From NCBI GenBank assembly GCA_964016885.1, contig OZ024766.1, forward strand, positions 7,502,001-7,566,000: DNA of 64,000 nucleotides, written 5' to 3'. Positions 9,865 through 21,800 of the stretch are shown here, piece by piece (positions within the stretch are counted from its first letter, which is position 1; every line of letters begins with the position of its first letter). A program made the position numbers and the translations under genes. The DNA comes from Eledone cirrhosa (Eukaryota). A model generated the notes under the pieces. That model ran no database searches. It saw only the letters and a list, made by a program, of their open reading frames with translations, and was not told the DNA's origin.

Positions 9865-12800
9865 GGAAAGTCTGGTGGTGGAGGGCACTAGTTAGGGAAA
9901 GTCTAGTGGTGGAGGGCTCTAGCTGGGGAAAGTCTAGTGGTGGAGGGGTCTAGTGGTGGAGGGCTCTAGGTGGGGAAAGTCTAGTGGTGGAGGGGTCTAG
10001 CTAGGGAAAGTCTAGTGGTGGAGGGCTCTAGCTGGGGAAAGTCTAGTGGTGGAGGGCTCTAGCTGGGGAAAGTCTAGTGGTGGAGGGGTCTAGCTAGGGA
10101 AAGTCTAGTGGTGGAGGGCTCTAGCTGGGGAAAGTCTAGTGGTGGAGGGCTCTAGCTGGGGAAAGTCTAGTGGTGGAAGGGTCTAGCTGAGGAAAGTCTA
10201 GTGGTGGAGGGGTCTAGCTGAGGAAAGTCTAGTGCTGGAGGGCTCTAGCTGAGGAAAGTCTAGTGGTGGAGGGCTCTAGCTGGGGAAAGTCTAGTGGTGG
10301 AGGGCTCTAGCTGAGGAAAGTCTAGTGGTGGAGGGCTCTAGCTGGGGAAAGTCTAGTGGTGGAGGGCTCTAGCTGGGGAAAGTCTAGTGGTGGAAGGGTC
10401 TAGCTGAGGAAAGTCTAGTGGTGGAGGGGTCTAGCTGGGGAAAGTCTAGTGGTGGAGGGCTCTAGCTGGGGATAGTCTAGTGGTGGAGGGCTCTAGCTGG
10501 GGATAGTCTAGTGGTGGAGGGGTCTAGCTGGGGATAGTCTAGTGGTGGAGGGCTCTAGCTGGGGATAGTCTAGTGGTGGAGGGGTCTAGCTGGGGAAAGT
10601 CTAGTGGTGGAGGGCTCTAGCTGGGGATAGTCTAGTGGTGGAGGGCTCTAGCTGGGGATAGTCTAGTGGTGGAGGGCTCTAGCTGGGGATAGTCTAGTGG
10701 TGGAGGGGTCTAGCTGGGGAAAGTCTAGTGGTGGAGGGCTCTAGCTGGGGATAGTCTAGTGGTGGAGGGCTCTAGCTGGGGAAAGTCTGGTTGTGGAGGG
10801 GTCTAGCTGGGGATAGTCTAGTGGTGGAGGGCTCTAGCTGGGGAAAGTCTAGTGGTGGAGGGCTCTAGCTGGGGAAAGTCTAGTGGTGGAGGGCTCTAGC
10901 TGGGGAAAGTCTGGTGGTGGAGGGCTCTAGCTGGGGATAGTCTAGTGGTGGAGGGGTCTAGCTGGGGATAGTCTAGTGGTGGAGGGCTCTAGCTGGGGAA
11001 AGTCTAGTGGTGGAGGGCTCTAGGTGGGGAAAGTCTGGTGGTGGAGGGCTCTAGCTGGGGAAAGTCTAGTGGTGGAGGGCTCTAGCTGGGGAAAGTCTAG
11101 TGGTGGAGGGGTCTAGCTGGGGAAAGTCTAGTGGTGGAGGGCTCTAGCTGGGGAAAGTCTAGTGGTGGAGGGCTCTAGCTGGGGAAAGTCTGGTGGTGGA
11201 GGGCTCTAGCTGGGGATAGTCTAGTGGTGGAGGGGTCTAGCTGGGGAAAGTCTAGTGGTGGAGGGCTCTAGCTGGGGATAGTCTAGTGGTGGAGGGGTCT
11301 AGCTGGGGAAAGTCTAGTGGTGGAGGGCTCTAGCTGGGGATAGTCTAGTGGTGGAGGGGTCTAGCTGGGGAAAGTCTAGTGGTGGAGGGCTCTAGCTGGG
11401 GAAAGTCTAGTGGTGGAGGGGTCTAGCTGGGGAAAGTCTAGTGGTGGAGGGCTCTAGCTGGGGAAAGTCTAGTGGTGGAGGGCTCTAGGTGGGGAAAGTC
11501 TAGTGGTGGAGGGGTCTAGCTGGGGAAAGTCTGGTGGTGGAGGGCTCTAGCTAGGGAAAGTCTAGTGGTGGAGGGCTCTAGCTGGGGATAGTCTAGTGGT
11601 GGAGGGGTCTAGCTGGGGATAGTCTAGTGGTGGAGGGCTCTAGCTGGGGATAGTCTAGTGGTGGAGGGCTCTAGGTGGGGAAAGTCTAGTGGTGGAGGGG
11701 TGTAGCTAGGGAAAGTCTAGTGGTGGAGGGCTCTAGCTGGGGATAGTCTAGTGGTGGAGGGCTCTAGCTGGGGATAGTCTAGTGGTGGAGGGGTCTAGCT
11801 GGTGAAAGTCTAGTGGTGGAGGGCTCTAGCTGGGGAAAGTCTAGTGGTGGAGGGGTCTAGCTGGGGATAGTCTAGTGGTGGAGGGCTCTAGCTGGGGATA
11901 GTCTAGTGGTGGAGGGGTCTAGCTGGGGAAAGTCTAGTGGTGGAGGGGTCTAGCTGGGGAAAGTCTAGTGGTGGAGGGGTGTAGCTAGGGAAAGTCTAGT
12001 GGTGGAGGGCTCTAGCTGAGGAAAGTCTAGTGGTGGAGGGGTCTAGCTAGGGAAAGTCTAGTGGTGGAGGGCTCTAGCTGGGGAAAGTCTAGTGGTGGAG
12101 GGCTCTAGCTGGGGAAAGTCTAGTGGTGGAGGGGTCTAGCTGGGGAAAGTCTGGTGGTGGAGGGGTCTAGCTGGGGAAAGTCTAGTGGTGGAGGGGTCTA
12201 GCTGGGGAAAGTCTAGTGGTGGAGGGCTCTAGCTGGGGAAAGTCTGGTGGTGGAGGGCTCTAGCTGGGGATAGTCTAGTGGTGGAGGGCTCTAGCTGGGG
12301 ATAGTCTAGTGGTGGAGGGCTCTAGCTGGGGAAAGTCTAGTGGTGGAGGGCTCTAGCTGGGGAAAGTCTAGTGGTGGAGGGGTCTAGCTGGGGAAAGTCT
12401 AGTGGTGGAGGGGTCTAGCTGGGGAAAGTCTAGTGGTGGAGGGGTCTAGCTGGGGAAAGTCTAGTGGTGGAGGGGTCTAGCTGGGGAAAGTCTAGTGGTG
12501 GAGGGCTCTAGCTGGGGAAAGTCTGGTGGTGGAGGGCTCTAGCTGGGGATAGTCTAGTGGTGGAGGGCTCTAGCTGGGGATAGTCTAGTGGTGGAGGGCT
12601 CTAGCTGGGGAAAGTCTAGTGGTGGAGGGCTCTAGCTGGGGAAAGTCTAGTGGTGGAGGGGTCTAGCTGGGGAAAGTCTAGTGGTGGAGGGCTCTAGCTG
12701 GGGAAAGTCTGGTGGTGGAGGGCTCTAGCTGGGGAAAGTCTAGTGGTGGAGGGGTCTAGCTAGGGAAAGTCTAGTGGTGGAGGGCTCTAGCTGGGGAAAG

Positions 12801-15800
12801 TCTAGTGGTGGAGGGGTCTAGCTAGGGAAAGTCTAGTGGTGGAGGGGTCTAGCTGGGGAAAGTCTAGTGGTGGAGGGCTCTAGCTGGGGAAAGTCTAGTG
12901 GTGGAGGGGTCTAGCTAGGGATAGTCTAGTGGTGGAGGGGTCTAGTGGTGGAGGGGTCTAGTGGTGGAGGGCTCTAGCTAGGGAAAGTCTAGTGGTGGAG
13001 GGCTCTAGGTGGGGAAAGTCTAGTGGTGGAGGGGTCTAGCTGGGGAAAGTCTGGTGGTGGAGGGGTCTAGCTGGGGAAAGTCTAGTGGTGGAGGGCTCTA
13101 GGTGGGGAAAGTCTAGTGGTGGAGGGGTCTAGCTGGGGATAGTCTAGTGGTGGAGGGGTCTAGCTGGGGAAAGTCTAGTGGTGGAGGGGTCTAGCTGGGG
13201 AAAGTCTAGTGGTGGAGGGCTCTAGCTGGGGATAGTCTAGTGGTGGAGGGCTCTAGCTGGGGATAGTCTAGTGGTGGAGGGCTCTAGCTGGGGATAGTCT
13301 AGTGGTGGAGGGGTCTAGCTAGGGAAAGTCTGGTGGTGGAGGGCTCTAGCTGGGGAAAGTCTGGTGGTGGAGGGGTCTAGCTGGGGAAAGTCTAGTGGTG
13401 GAGGGCTCTAGCTGGGGAAAGTCTAGTGGTGGAGGGGTCTAGCTGGGGAAAGTCTAGTGGTGGAGGGCTCTAGCTGGGGAAAGTCTAGTGGTGGAGGGCT
13501 CTAGCTGGGGATAGTCTAGTGGTGGAGGGGTCTAGCTGGGGATAGTCTAGTGGTGGAGGGCTCTAGCTGGGGATAGTCTAGTGGTGGAGGGGTCTAGCTA
13601 GGGAAAGTCTGGTGGTGGAGGGCTCTAGCTGGGGAAAGTCTAGTGGTGGAGGGGTCTAGCTGGGGATAGTCTAGTGGTGGAGGGCTCTAGCTGGGGATAG
13701 TCTAGTGGTGGAGGGGTCTAGCTGGGGATAGTCTAGTGGTGGAGGGCTCTAGCTGGGGATAGTCTAGTGGTGGAGGGGTCTAGCTGGGGATAGTCTAGTG
13801 GTGGAGGGGTCTAGCTGGGGATAGTCTAGTGGTGGAGGGGTCTAGCTGGGGAAAGTCTGGTGGTGGAGGGCTCTAGGTGGGGAAAGTCTGGTGGTGGAGG
13901 GCTCTAGCTGGGGAAAGTCTGGTGGTGGAGGGCTCTAGCTGAGGAAAGTCTAGTGGTGGAGGGCTCTAGCTGGGGAAAGTCTGGTGGTGGAGGGGTCTAG
14001 CTGAGGAAAGTCTAGTGGTGGAGGGGTCTAGCTAGGGAAAGTCTAGTGGTGGAGGGCTCTAGCTGGGGAAAGTCTAGTGGTGGAGGGCTCTAGCTGGGGA
14101 AAGTCTAGTGGTGGAGGGCTCTAGCTGGGGAAAGTCTAGTGGTGGAGGGGTCTAGCTAGGGAAAGTCTAGTGGTGGAGGGCTCTAGCTGGGGAAAGTCTA
14201 GTGGTGGAGGGGTCTAGCTAGGGAAAGTCTAGTGGTGGAGGGCTCTAGCTGGGGAAAGTCTAGTGGTGGAGGGCTCTAGCTGGGGAAAGTCTAGTGGTGG
14301 AGGGCTCTAGCTGGGGAAAGTCTAGTGGTGGAGGGGTCTAGCTGGGGATAGTCTAGTGGTGGAGGGCTCTAGCTGGGGAAAGTCTAGTGGTGGAGGGCTC
14401 TAGCTGGGGAAAGTCTAGTGGTGGAGGGGTCTAGCTGGGGAAAGTCTAGTGGTGGAGGGCTCTAGCTGGGGAAAGTCTAGTGGTGGAGGGGTCTAGCTGG
14501 GGAAAGTCTAGTGGTGGAGGGGTCTAGCTGGGGAAAGTCTAGTGGTGGAGGGCTCTAGCTGGGGAAAGTCTAGTGGTGGAGGGCTCTAGCTGGGGAAAGT
14601 CTAGTGGTGGAGGGGTCTAGCTGGGGAAAGTCTAGTGGTGGAGGGCTCTAGCTGGGGAAAGTCTAGTGGTGGAGGGGTCTAGCTGGGGAAAGTCTAGTGG
14701 TGGAGGGCTCTAGCTGGGGAAAGTCTAGTGGTGGAGGGCTCTAGCTGGGGAAAGTCTAGTGGTGGAGGGGTCTAGCTGGGGAAAGTCTGGTGGTGGAGGG
14801 CTCTAGCTAGGGAAAGTCTAGTGGTGGAGGGCTCTAGCTGGGGAAAGTCTAGTGGTGGAGGGGTCTAGCTAGGGAAAGTCTAGTGGTGGAGGGGTCTAGC
14901 TGGGGAAAGTCTAGTGGTGGAGGGCTCTAGCTGGGGAAAGTCTAGTGGTGGAGGGGTCTAGCTAGGGAAAGTCTAGTGGTGGAGGGGTCTAGCTGGGGAA
15001 AGTCTAGTGGTGGAGGGCTCTAGCTGGGGAAAGTCTAGTGGTGGAGGGGTCTAGCTAGGGATAGTCTAGTGGTGGAGGGGTCTAGTGGTGGAGGGGTCTA
15101 GTGGTGGAGGGCTCTAGCTAGGGAAAGTCTAGTGGTGGAGGGCTCTAGGTGGGGAAAGTCTAGTGGTGGAGGGGTCTAGCTGGGGAAAGTCTGGTGGTGG
15201 AGGGGTCTAGCTGGGGAAAGTCTAGTGGTGGAGGGCTCTAGGTGGGGAAAGTCTAGTGGTGGAGGGCTCTAGCTGGGGATAGTCTAGTGGTGGAGGGCTC
15301 TAGCTGGGGATAGTCTAGTGGTGGAGGGGTCTAGCTGGGGAAAGTCTAGTGGTGGAGGGGTCTAGCTGGGGATAGTCTAGTGGTGGAGGGCTCTAGCTGG
15401 GGATAGTCTAGTGGTGGAGGGCTCTAGCTGGGGAAAGTCTAGTGGTGGAGGGGTCTAGCTGGGGAAAGTCTAGTGGTGGAGGGCTCTGGCTGGGGATAGT
15501 CTAGTGGTGGAGGGCTCTAGCTGGGGATAGTCTAGTGGTGGAGGGGTCTAGCTAGGGAAAGTCTGGTGGTGGAGGGCTCTAGCTGGGGAAAGTCTGGTGG
15601 TGGAGGGGTCTAGCTGGGGAAAGTCTAGTGGTGGAGGGCTCTAGCTGGGGAAAGTCTAGTGGTGGAGGGGTCTAGCTGGGGAAAGTCTAGTGGTGGAGGG
15701 GTCTAGCTAGGGAAAGTCTGGTGGTGGAGGGCTCTAGCTGGGGAAAGTCTAGTGGTGGAGGGCTCTAGCTGGGGAAAGTCTGGTGGTGGAGGGCTCTAGC

Positions 15801-18800
15801 TGGGGATAGTCTAGTGGTGGAGGGCTCTAGCTGGGGATAGTCTAGTGGTGGAGGGGTCTAGCTGGGGAAAGTCTAGTGGTGGAGGGCTCTAGCTGGGGAT
15901 AGTCTAGTGGTGGAGGGGTCTAGCTGGGGAAAGTCTAGTGGTGGAGGGCTCTAGCTGGGGATAGTCTAGTGGTGGAGGGCTCTAGCTGGGGATAGTCTAG
16001 TGGTGGAGGGGTCTAGCTGGGGATAGTCTAGTGGTGGAGGGCTCTAGCTGGGGAAAGTCTAGTGGTGGAGGGCTCTAGCTGGGGATAGTCTAGTGGTGGA
16101 GGGGTCTAGCTGGGGAAAGTCTAGTGGTGGAGGGCTCTAGCTGGGGAAAGTCTAGTGGTGGAGGGCTCTAGCTGGGGATAGTCTAGTGGTGGAGGGCTCT
16201 AGCTGGGGAAAGTCTAGTGGTGGAGGGCTCTAGCTGGGGAAAGTCTAGTGGTGGAGGGGTCTAGCTGGGGATAGTCTAGTGGTGGAGGGCTCTAGCTGGG
16301 GATAGTCTAGTGGTGGAGGGGTCTAGCTGGGGATAGTCTAGTGGTGGAGGGCTCTAGCTGGGGAAAGTCTAGTGGTGGAGGGCTCTAGCTGGGGATAGTC
16401 TAGTGGTGGAGGGGTCTAGCTGGGGAAAGTCTAGTGGTGGAGGGCTCTAGCTGGGGAAAGTCTAGTGGTGGAGGGCTCTAGCTGGGGATAGTCTAGTGGT
16501 GGAGGGCTCTAGCTGGGGAAAGTCTAGTGGTGGAGGGCTCTAGCTGGGGAAAGTCTAGTGGTGGAGGGGTCTAGCTGGGGATAGTCTAGTGGTGGAGGGC
16601 TCTAGCTGGGGATAGTCTAGTGGTGGAGGGGTCTAGCTGGGGATAGTCTAGTGGTGGAGGGCTCTAGCTGGGGAAAGTCTAGTGGTGGAGGGCTCTAGCT
16701 GGGGATAGTCTAGTGGTGGAGGGCTCTAGCTGGGGAAAGTCTAGTGGTGGAGGGCTCTAGCTGGGGAAAGTCTGGTGGTGGAGGGCTCTAGCTGGGGAAA
16801 GTCTAGTGGTGGAGGGCTCTAGCTGGGGAAAGTCTAGTGGTGGAGGGCTCTAGCTGGGGAAAGTCTAGTGGTGGAGGGGTCTAGCTGGGGATAGTCTAGT
16901 GGTGGAGGGCTCTAGCTGGGGAAAGTCTAGTGGTGGAGGGGTCTAGCTGGGGATAGTCTAGTGGTGGAGGGCTCTAGCTGGGGATAGTCTAGTGGTGGAG
17001 GGCTCTAGCTGGGGAAAGTCTAGTGGTGGAGGGGTCTAGCTGGGGAAAGTCTAGTGGTGGAGGGCTCTAGCTGGGGAAAGTCTAGTGGTGGAGGGCTCTA
17101 GCTGGGGAAAGTCTAGTGGTGGAGGGGTCTAGCTGGGGAAAGTCTAGTGGTGGAGGGCTCTAGCTGGGGAAAGTCTAGTGGTGGAGGGGTCTAGCTGGGG
17201 ATAGTCTAGTGGTGGAGGGCTCTAGCTGGGGATAGTCTAGTGGTGGAGGGGTCTAGCTGGGGAAAGTCTAGTGGTGGAGGGGTCTAGCTGGGGAAAGTCT
17301 AGTGGTGGAGGGCTCTAGCTGGGGAAAGTCTAGTGGTGGAGGGCTCTAGCTGGGGAAAGTCTAGTGGTGGAGGGGTCTAGCTGGGGATAGTCTAGTGGTG
17401 GAGGGCTCTAGCTGGGGATAGTCTAGTGGTGGAGGGGTCTAGCTGGGGATAGTCTAGTGGTGGAGGGCTCTAGCTGGGGAAAGTCTAGTGGTGGAGGGCT
17501 CTAGCTGGGGATAGTCTAGTGGTGGAGGGCTCTAGCTGGGGAAAGTCTAGTGGTGGAGGGCTCTAGCTGGGGAAAGTCTGGTGGTGGAGGGCTCTAGCTG
17601 GGGAAAGTCTAGTGGTGGAGGGCTCTAGCTGGGGAAAGTCTAGTGGTGGAGGGCTCTAGCTGGGGATAGTCTAGTGGTGGAGGGGTCTAGCTGGGGATAG
17701 TCTAGTGGTGGAGGGGTCTAGCTGGGGAAAGTCTAGTGGTGGAGGGGTCTAGCTGGGGAAAGTCTAGTGGTGGAGGGCTCTAGCTGGGGAAAGTCTAGTG
17801 GTGGAGGGGTCTAGCTGGGGAAAGTCTAGTGGTGGAGGGGTCTAGCTAGGGAAAGTCTAGTGGTGGAGGGCTCTAGCTGGGGAAAGTCTAGTGGTGGAGG
17901 GCTCTAGCTGGGGATAGTCTAGTGGTGGAGGGGTCTAGCTGGGGATAGTCTAGTGGTGGAGGGGTCTAGCTGGGGATAGTCTAGTGGTGGAGGGCTCTAG
18001 CTGGGGAAAGTCTAGTGGTGGAGGGGTCTAGCTGGGGAAAGTCTAGTGGTGGAGGGGTCTAGCTAGGGAAAGTCTAGTGGTGGAGGGCTCTAGCTGGGGA
18101 AAGTCTAGTGGTGGAGGGCTCTAGCTGGGGATAGTCTAGTGGTGGAGGGGTCTAGCTGGGGATAGTCTAGTGGTGGAGGGGTCTAGCTGGGGAAAGTCTA
18201 GTGGTGGAGGGGTCTAGCTGGGGAAAGTCTAGTGGTGGAGGGCTCTAGCTGGGGAAAGTCTAGTGGTGGAGGGGTCTAGCTGGGGAAAGTCTAGTGGTGG
18301 AGGGGTCTAGCTAGGGAAAGTCTAGTGGTGGAGGGCTCTAGCTGGGGAAAGTCTAGTGGTGGAGGGCTCTAGCTGGGGATAGTCTAGTGGTGGAGGGGTC
18401 TAGCTGGGGATAGTCTAGTGGTGGAGGGGTCTAGCTGGGGAAAGTCTAGTGGTGGAGGGCTCTAGCTGGGGATAGTCTAGTGGTGGAGGGGTCTAGCTGG
18501 GGAAAGTCTAGTGGTGGAGGGGTCTAGCTAGGGATAGTCTAGTGGTGGAGGGGTCTAGCTGGGGAAAGTCTAGTGGTGGAGGGCTCTAGCTGGGGAAAGT
18601 CTAGTGGTGGAGGGCTCTAGCTAGGGATAGTCTAGTGGTGGAGGGCTCTAGCTGGGGAAAGTCTAGTGGTGGAGGGGTCTAGCTGGGGAAAGTCTAGTGG
18701 TGGAGGGCTCTAGCTGGGGAAAGTCTAGTGGTGGAGGGCTCTAGCTGGGGAAAGTCTAGTGGTGGAGGGGTCTAGCTGGGGAAAGTCTAGTGGTGGAGGG

Positions 18801-21800
18801 CTCTAGCTAGGGATAGTCTAGTGGTGGAGGGGTCTAGCTGGGGAAAGTCTAGTGGTGGAGGGCTCTAGCTAGGGATAGTCTAGTGGTGGAGGGGTCTAGC
18901 TGGGGAAAGTCTAGTGGTGGAGGGCTCTAGCTAGGGATAGTCTAGTGGTGGAGGGGTCTAGCTGGGGAAAGTCTAGTGGTGGAGGGCTCTAGCTAGGGAT
19001 AGTCTAGTGGTGGAGGGCTCTAGCTGGGGATAGTCTAGTGGTGGAGGGGTCTAGCTGGGGAAAGTCTAGTGGTGGAGGGCTCTAGCTAGGGATAGTCTAG
19101 TGGTGGAGGGGTCTAGCTGGGGAAAGTCTAGTGGTGGAGGGCTCTAGCTGGGGAAAGTCTAGTGGTGGAGGGGTCTAGCTGGGGAAAGTCTAGTGGTGGA
19201 GGGCTCTAGCTGGGGATAGTCTAGTGGTGGAGGGCTCTAGCTAGGGAAAGTCTAGTGGTGGAGGGCTCTAGCTGGGGAAAGTCTAGTGGTGGAGGGCTCT
19301 AGCTGGGGAAAGTCTAGTGGTGGAGGGCTCTAGCTAGGGAAAGTCTAGTGGTGGAGGGCTCTAGCTGGGGATAGTCTAGTGGTGGAGGGCTCTAGCTAGG
19401 GAAAGTCTAGTGGTGGAGGGCTCTAGCTGGGGAAAGTCTAGTGGTGGAGGGCTCTAGCTGGGGAAAGTCTAGTGGTGGAGGGCTCTAGCTAGGGAAAGTC
19501 TAGTGGTGGAGGGCTCTAGCTGGGGAAAGTCTAGTGGTGGAGGGCTCTAGCTGGGGAAAGTCTAGTGGTGGAGGGCTCTAGCTGGGGAAAGTCTAGTGGT
19601 GGAGGGCTCTAGCTGGGGAAAGTCTAGTGGTGGAGGGGTCTAGCTGGGGAAAGTCTAGTGGTGGAGGGCTCTAGCTGGGGATAGTCTAGTGGTGGAGGGC
19701 TCTAGCTAGGGAAAGTCTAGTGGTGGAGGGCTCTAGCTGGGGAAAGTCTAGTGGTGGAGGGCTCTAGCTGGGGAAAGTCTAGTGGTGGAGGGCTCTAGCT
19801 AGGGAAAGTCTAGTGGTGGAGGGCTCTAGCTGGGGATAGTCTAGTGGTGGAGGGCTCTAGCTAGGGAAAGTCTAGTGGTGGAGGGCTCTAGCTGGGGAAA
19901 GTCTAGTGGTGGAGGGCTCTAGCTGGGGAAAGTCTAGTGGTGGAGGGCTCTAGCTAGGGAAAGTCTAGTGGTGGAGGGCTCTAGCTGGGGAAAGTCTAGT
20001 GGTGGAGGGCTCTAGCTGGGGAAAGTCTAGTGGTGGAGGGCTCTAGCTGGGGAAAGTCTAGTGGTGGAGGGCTCTAGCTGGGGAAAGTCTAGTGGTGGAG
20101 GGCTCTAGCTGGGGAAAGTCTAGTGGTGGAGGGCTCTAGCTGGGGAAAGTCTAGTGGTGGAGGGCTCTAGCTGGGGAAAGTCTAGTGGTGGAGGGCTCTA
20201 GCTAGGGAAAGTCTAGTGGTGGAGGGCTCTAGCTGGGGATAGTCTAGTGGTGGAGGGCTCTAGCTAGGGAAAGTCTAGTGGTGGAGGGCTCTAGCTGGGG
20301 AAAGTCTAGTGGTGGAGGGCTCTAGCTGGGGAAAGTCTAGTGGTGGAGGGCTCTAGCTAGGGAAAGTCTAGTGGTGGAGGGCTCTAGCTGGGGAAAGTCT
20401 AGTGGTGGAGGGCTCTAGCTGGGGAAAGTCTAGTGGTGGAGGGCTCTAGCTGGGGAAAGTCTAGTGGTGGAGGGCTCTAGCTGGGGAAAGTCTAGTGGTG
20501 GAGGGCTCTAGCTGGGGAAAGTCTAGTGGTGGAGGGCTCTAGCTGGGGAAAGTCTAGTGGTGGAGGGCTCTAGCTGGGGAAAGTCTAGTGGTGGAGGGCT
20601 CTAGCTGGGGAAAGTCTAGTGGTGGAGGGCTCTAGCTGGGGAAAGTCTAGTGGTGGAGGGCTCTAGCTAGGGATAGTCTGGTGGTGGAGGGCTCTAGCTG
20701 GGGATAGTCTAGTGGTGGAGGGCTCTAGCTGGGGATAGTCTAGTGGTGGAGGGCTCTAGCTGGGGAAAGTCTAGTGGTGGAGGGCTCTAGCTGGGGAAAG
20801 TCTGGTGGTGGAGGGGTCTAGCTGGGGAAAGTCTAGTGGTGGAGGGCTCTAGCTGGGGAAAGTCTGGTTGTGGAGGGCTCTAGCTAGGGAAAGTCTAGTG
20901 GTGGAGGGGTCTAGCTGGTGAAAGTCTAGTGGTGGAGGGCTCTAGCTGGGGAAAGTCTAGTGGTGGAGGGCTCTAGCTGGGGAAAGTCTAGTGGTGGAGG
21001 GCTCTAGCTGGGGAAAGTCTAGTGGTGGAGGGCTCTAGCTGGGGAAAGTCTAGTGGTGGAGGGCTCTAGCTGGGGAAAGTCTAGTGGTGGAGGGCTCTAG
21101 CTGGGGAAAGTCTAGTGGTGGAGGGCTCTAGCTGGGGAAAGTCTAGTGGTGGAGGGCTCTAGCTGGGGAAAGTCTAGTGGTGGAGGGCTCTAGCTGGGGA
21201 AAGTCTAGTGGTGGAGGGCTCTAGCTAGGGATAGTCTGGTGGTGGAGGGCTCTAGCTGGGGATAGTCTAGTGGTGGAGGGCTCTAGCTGGGGATAGTCTA
21301 GTGGTGGAGGGCTCTAGCTGGGGAAAGTCTAGTGGTGGAGGGCTCTAGCTGGGGAAAGTCTAGTGGTGGAGGGCTCTAGCTAGGGATAGTCTGGTGGTGG
21401 AGGGCTCTAGCTGGGGATAGTCTAGTGGTGGAGGGCTCTAGCTGGGGATAGTCTAGTGGTGGAGGGCTCTAGCTGGGGAAAGTCTAGTGGTGGAGGGCTC
21501 TAGCTGGGGAAAGTCTGGTGGTGGAGGGGTCTAGCTGGGGAAAGTCTAGTGGTGGAGGGCTCTAGCTGGGGAAAGTCTGGTTGTGGAGGGCTCTAGCTAG
21601 GGAAAGTCTAGTGGTGGAGGGGTCTAGCTGGTGAAAGTCTAGTGGTGGAGGGCTCTAGCTGGGGAAAGTCTAGTGGTGGAGGGCTCTAGCTAGGGAAAGT
21701 CTAGTGGTGGAGGGGTCTAGCTGGTGAAAGTCTAGTGGTGGAGGGCTCTAGCTGGGGAAAGTCTGGTGGTGGAGGGGTCTAGCTGGGGAAAGTCTAGTGG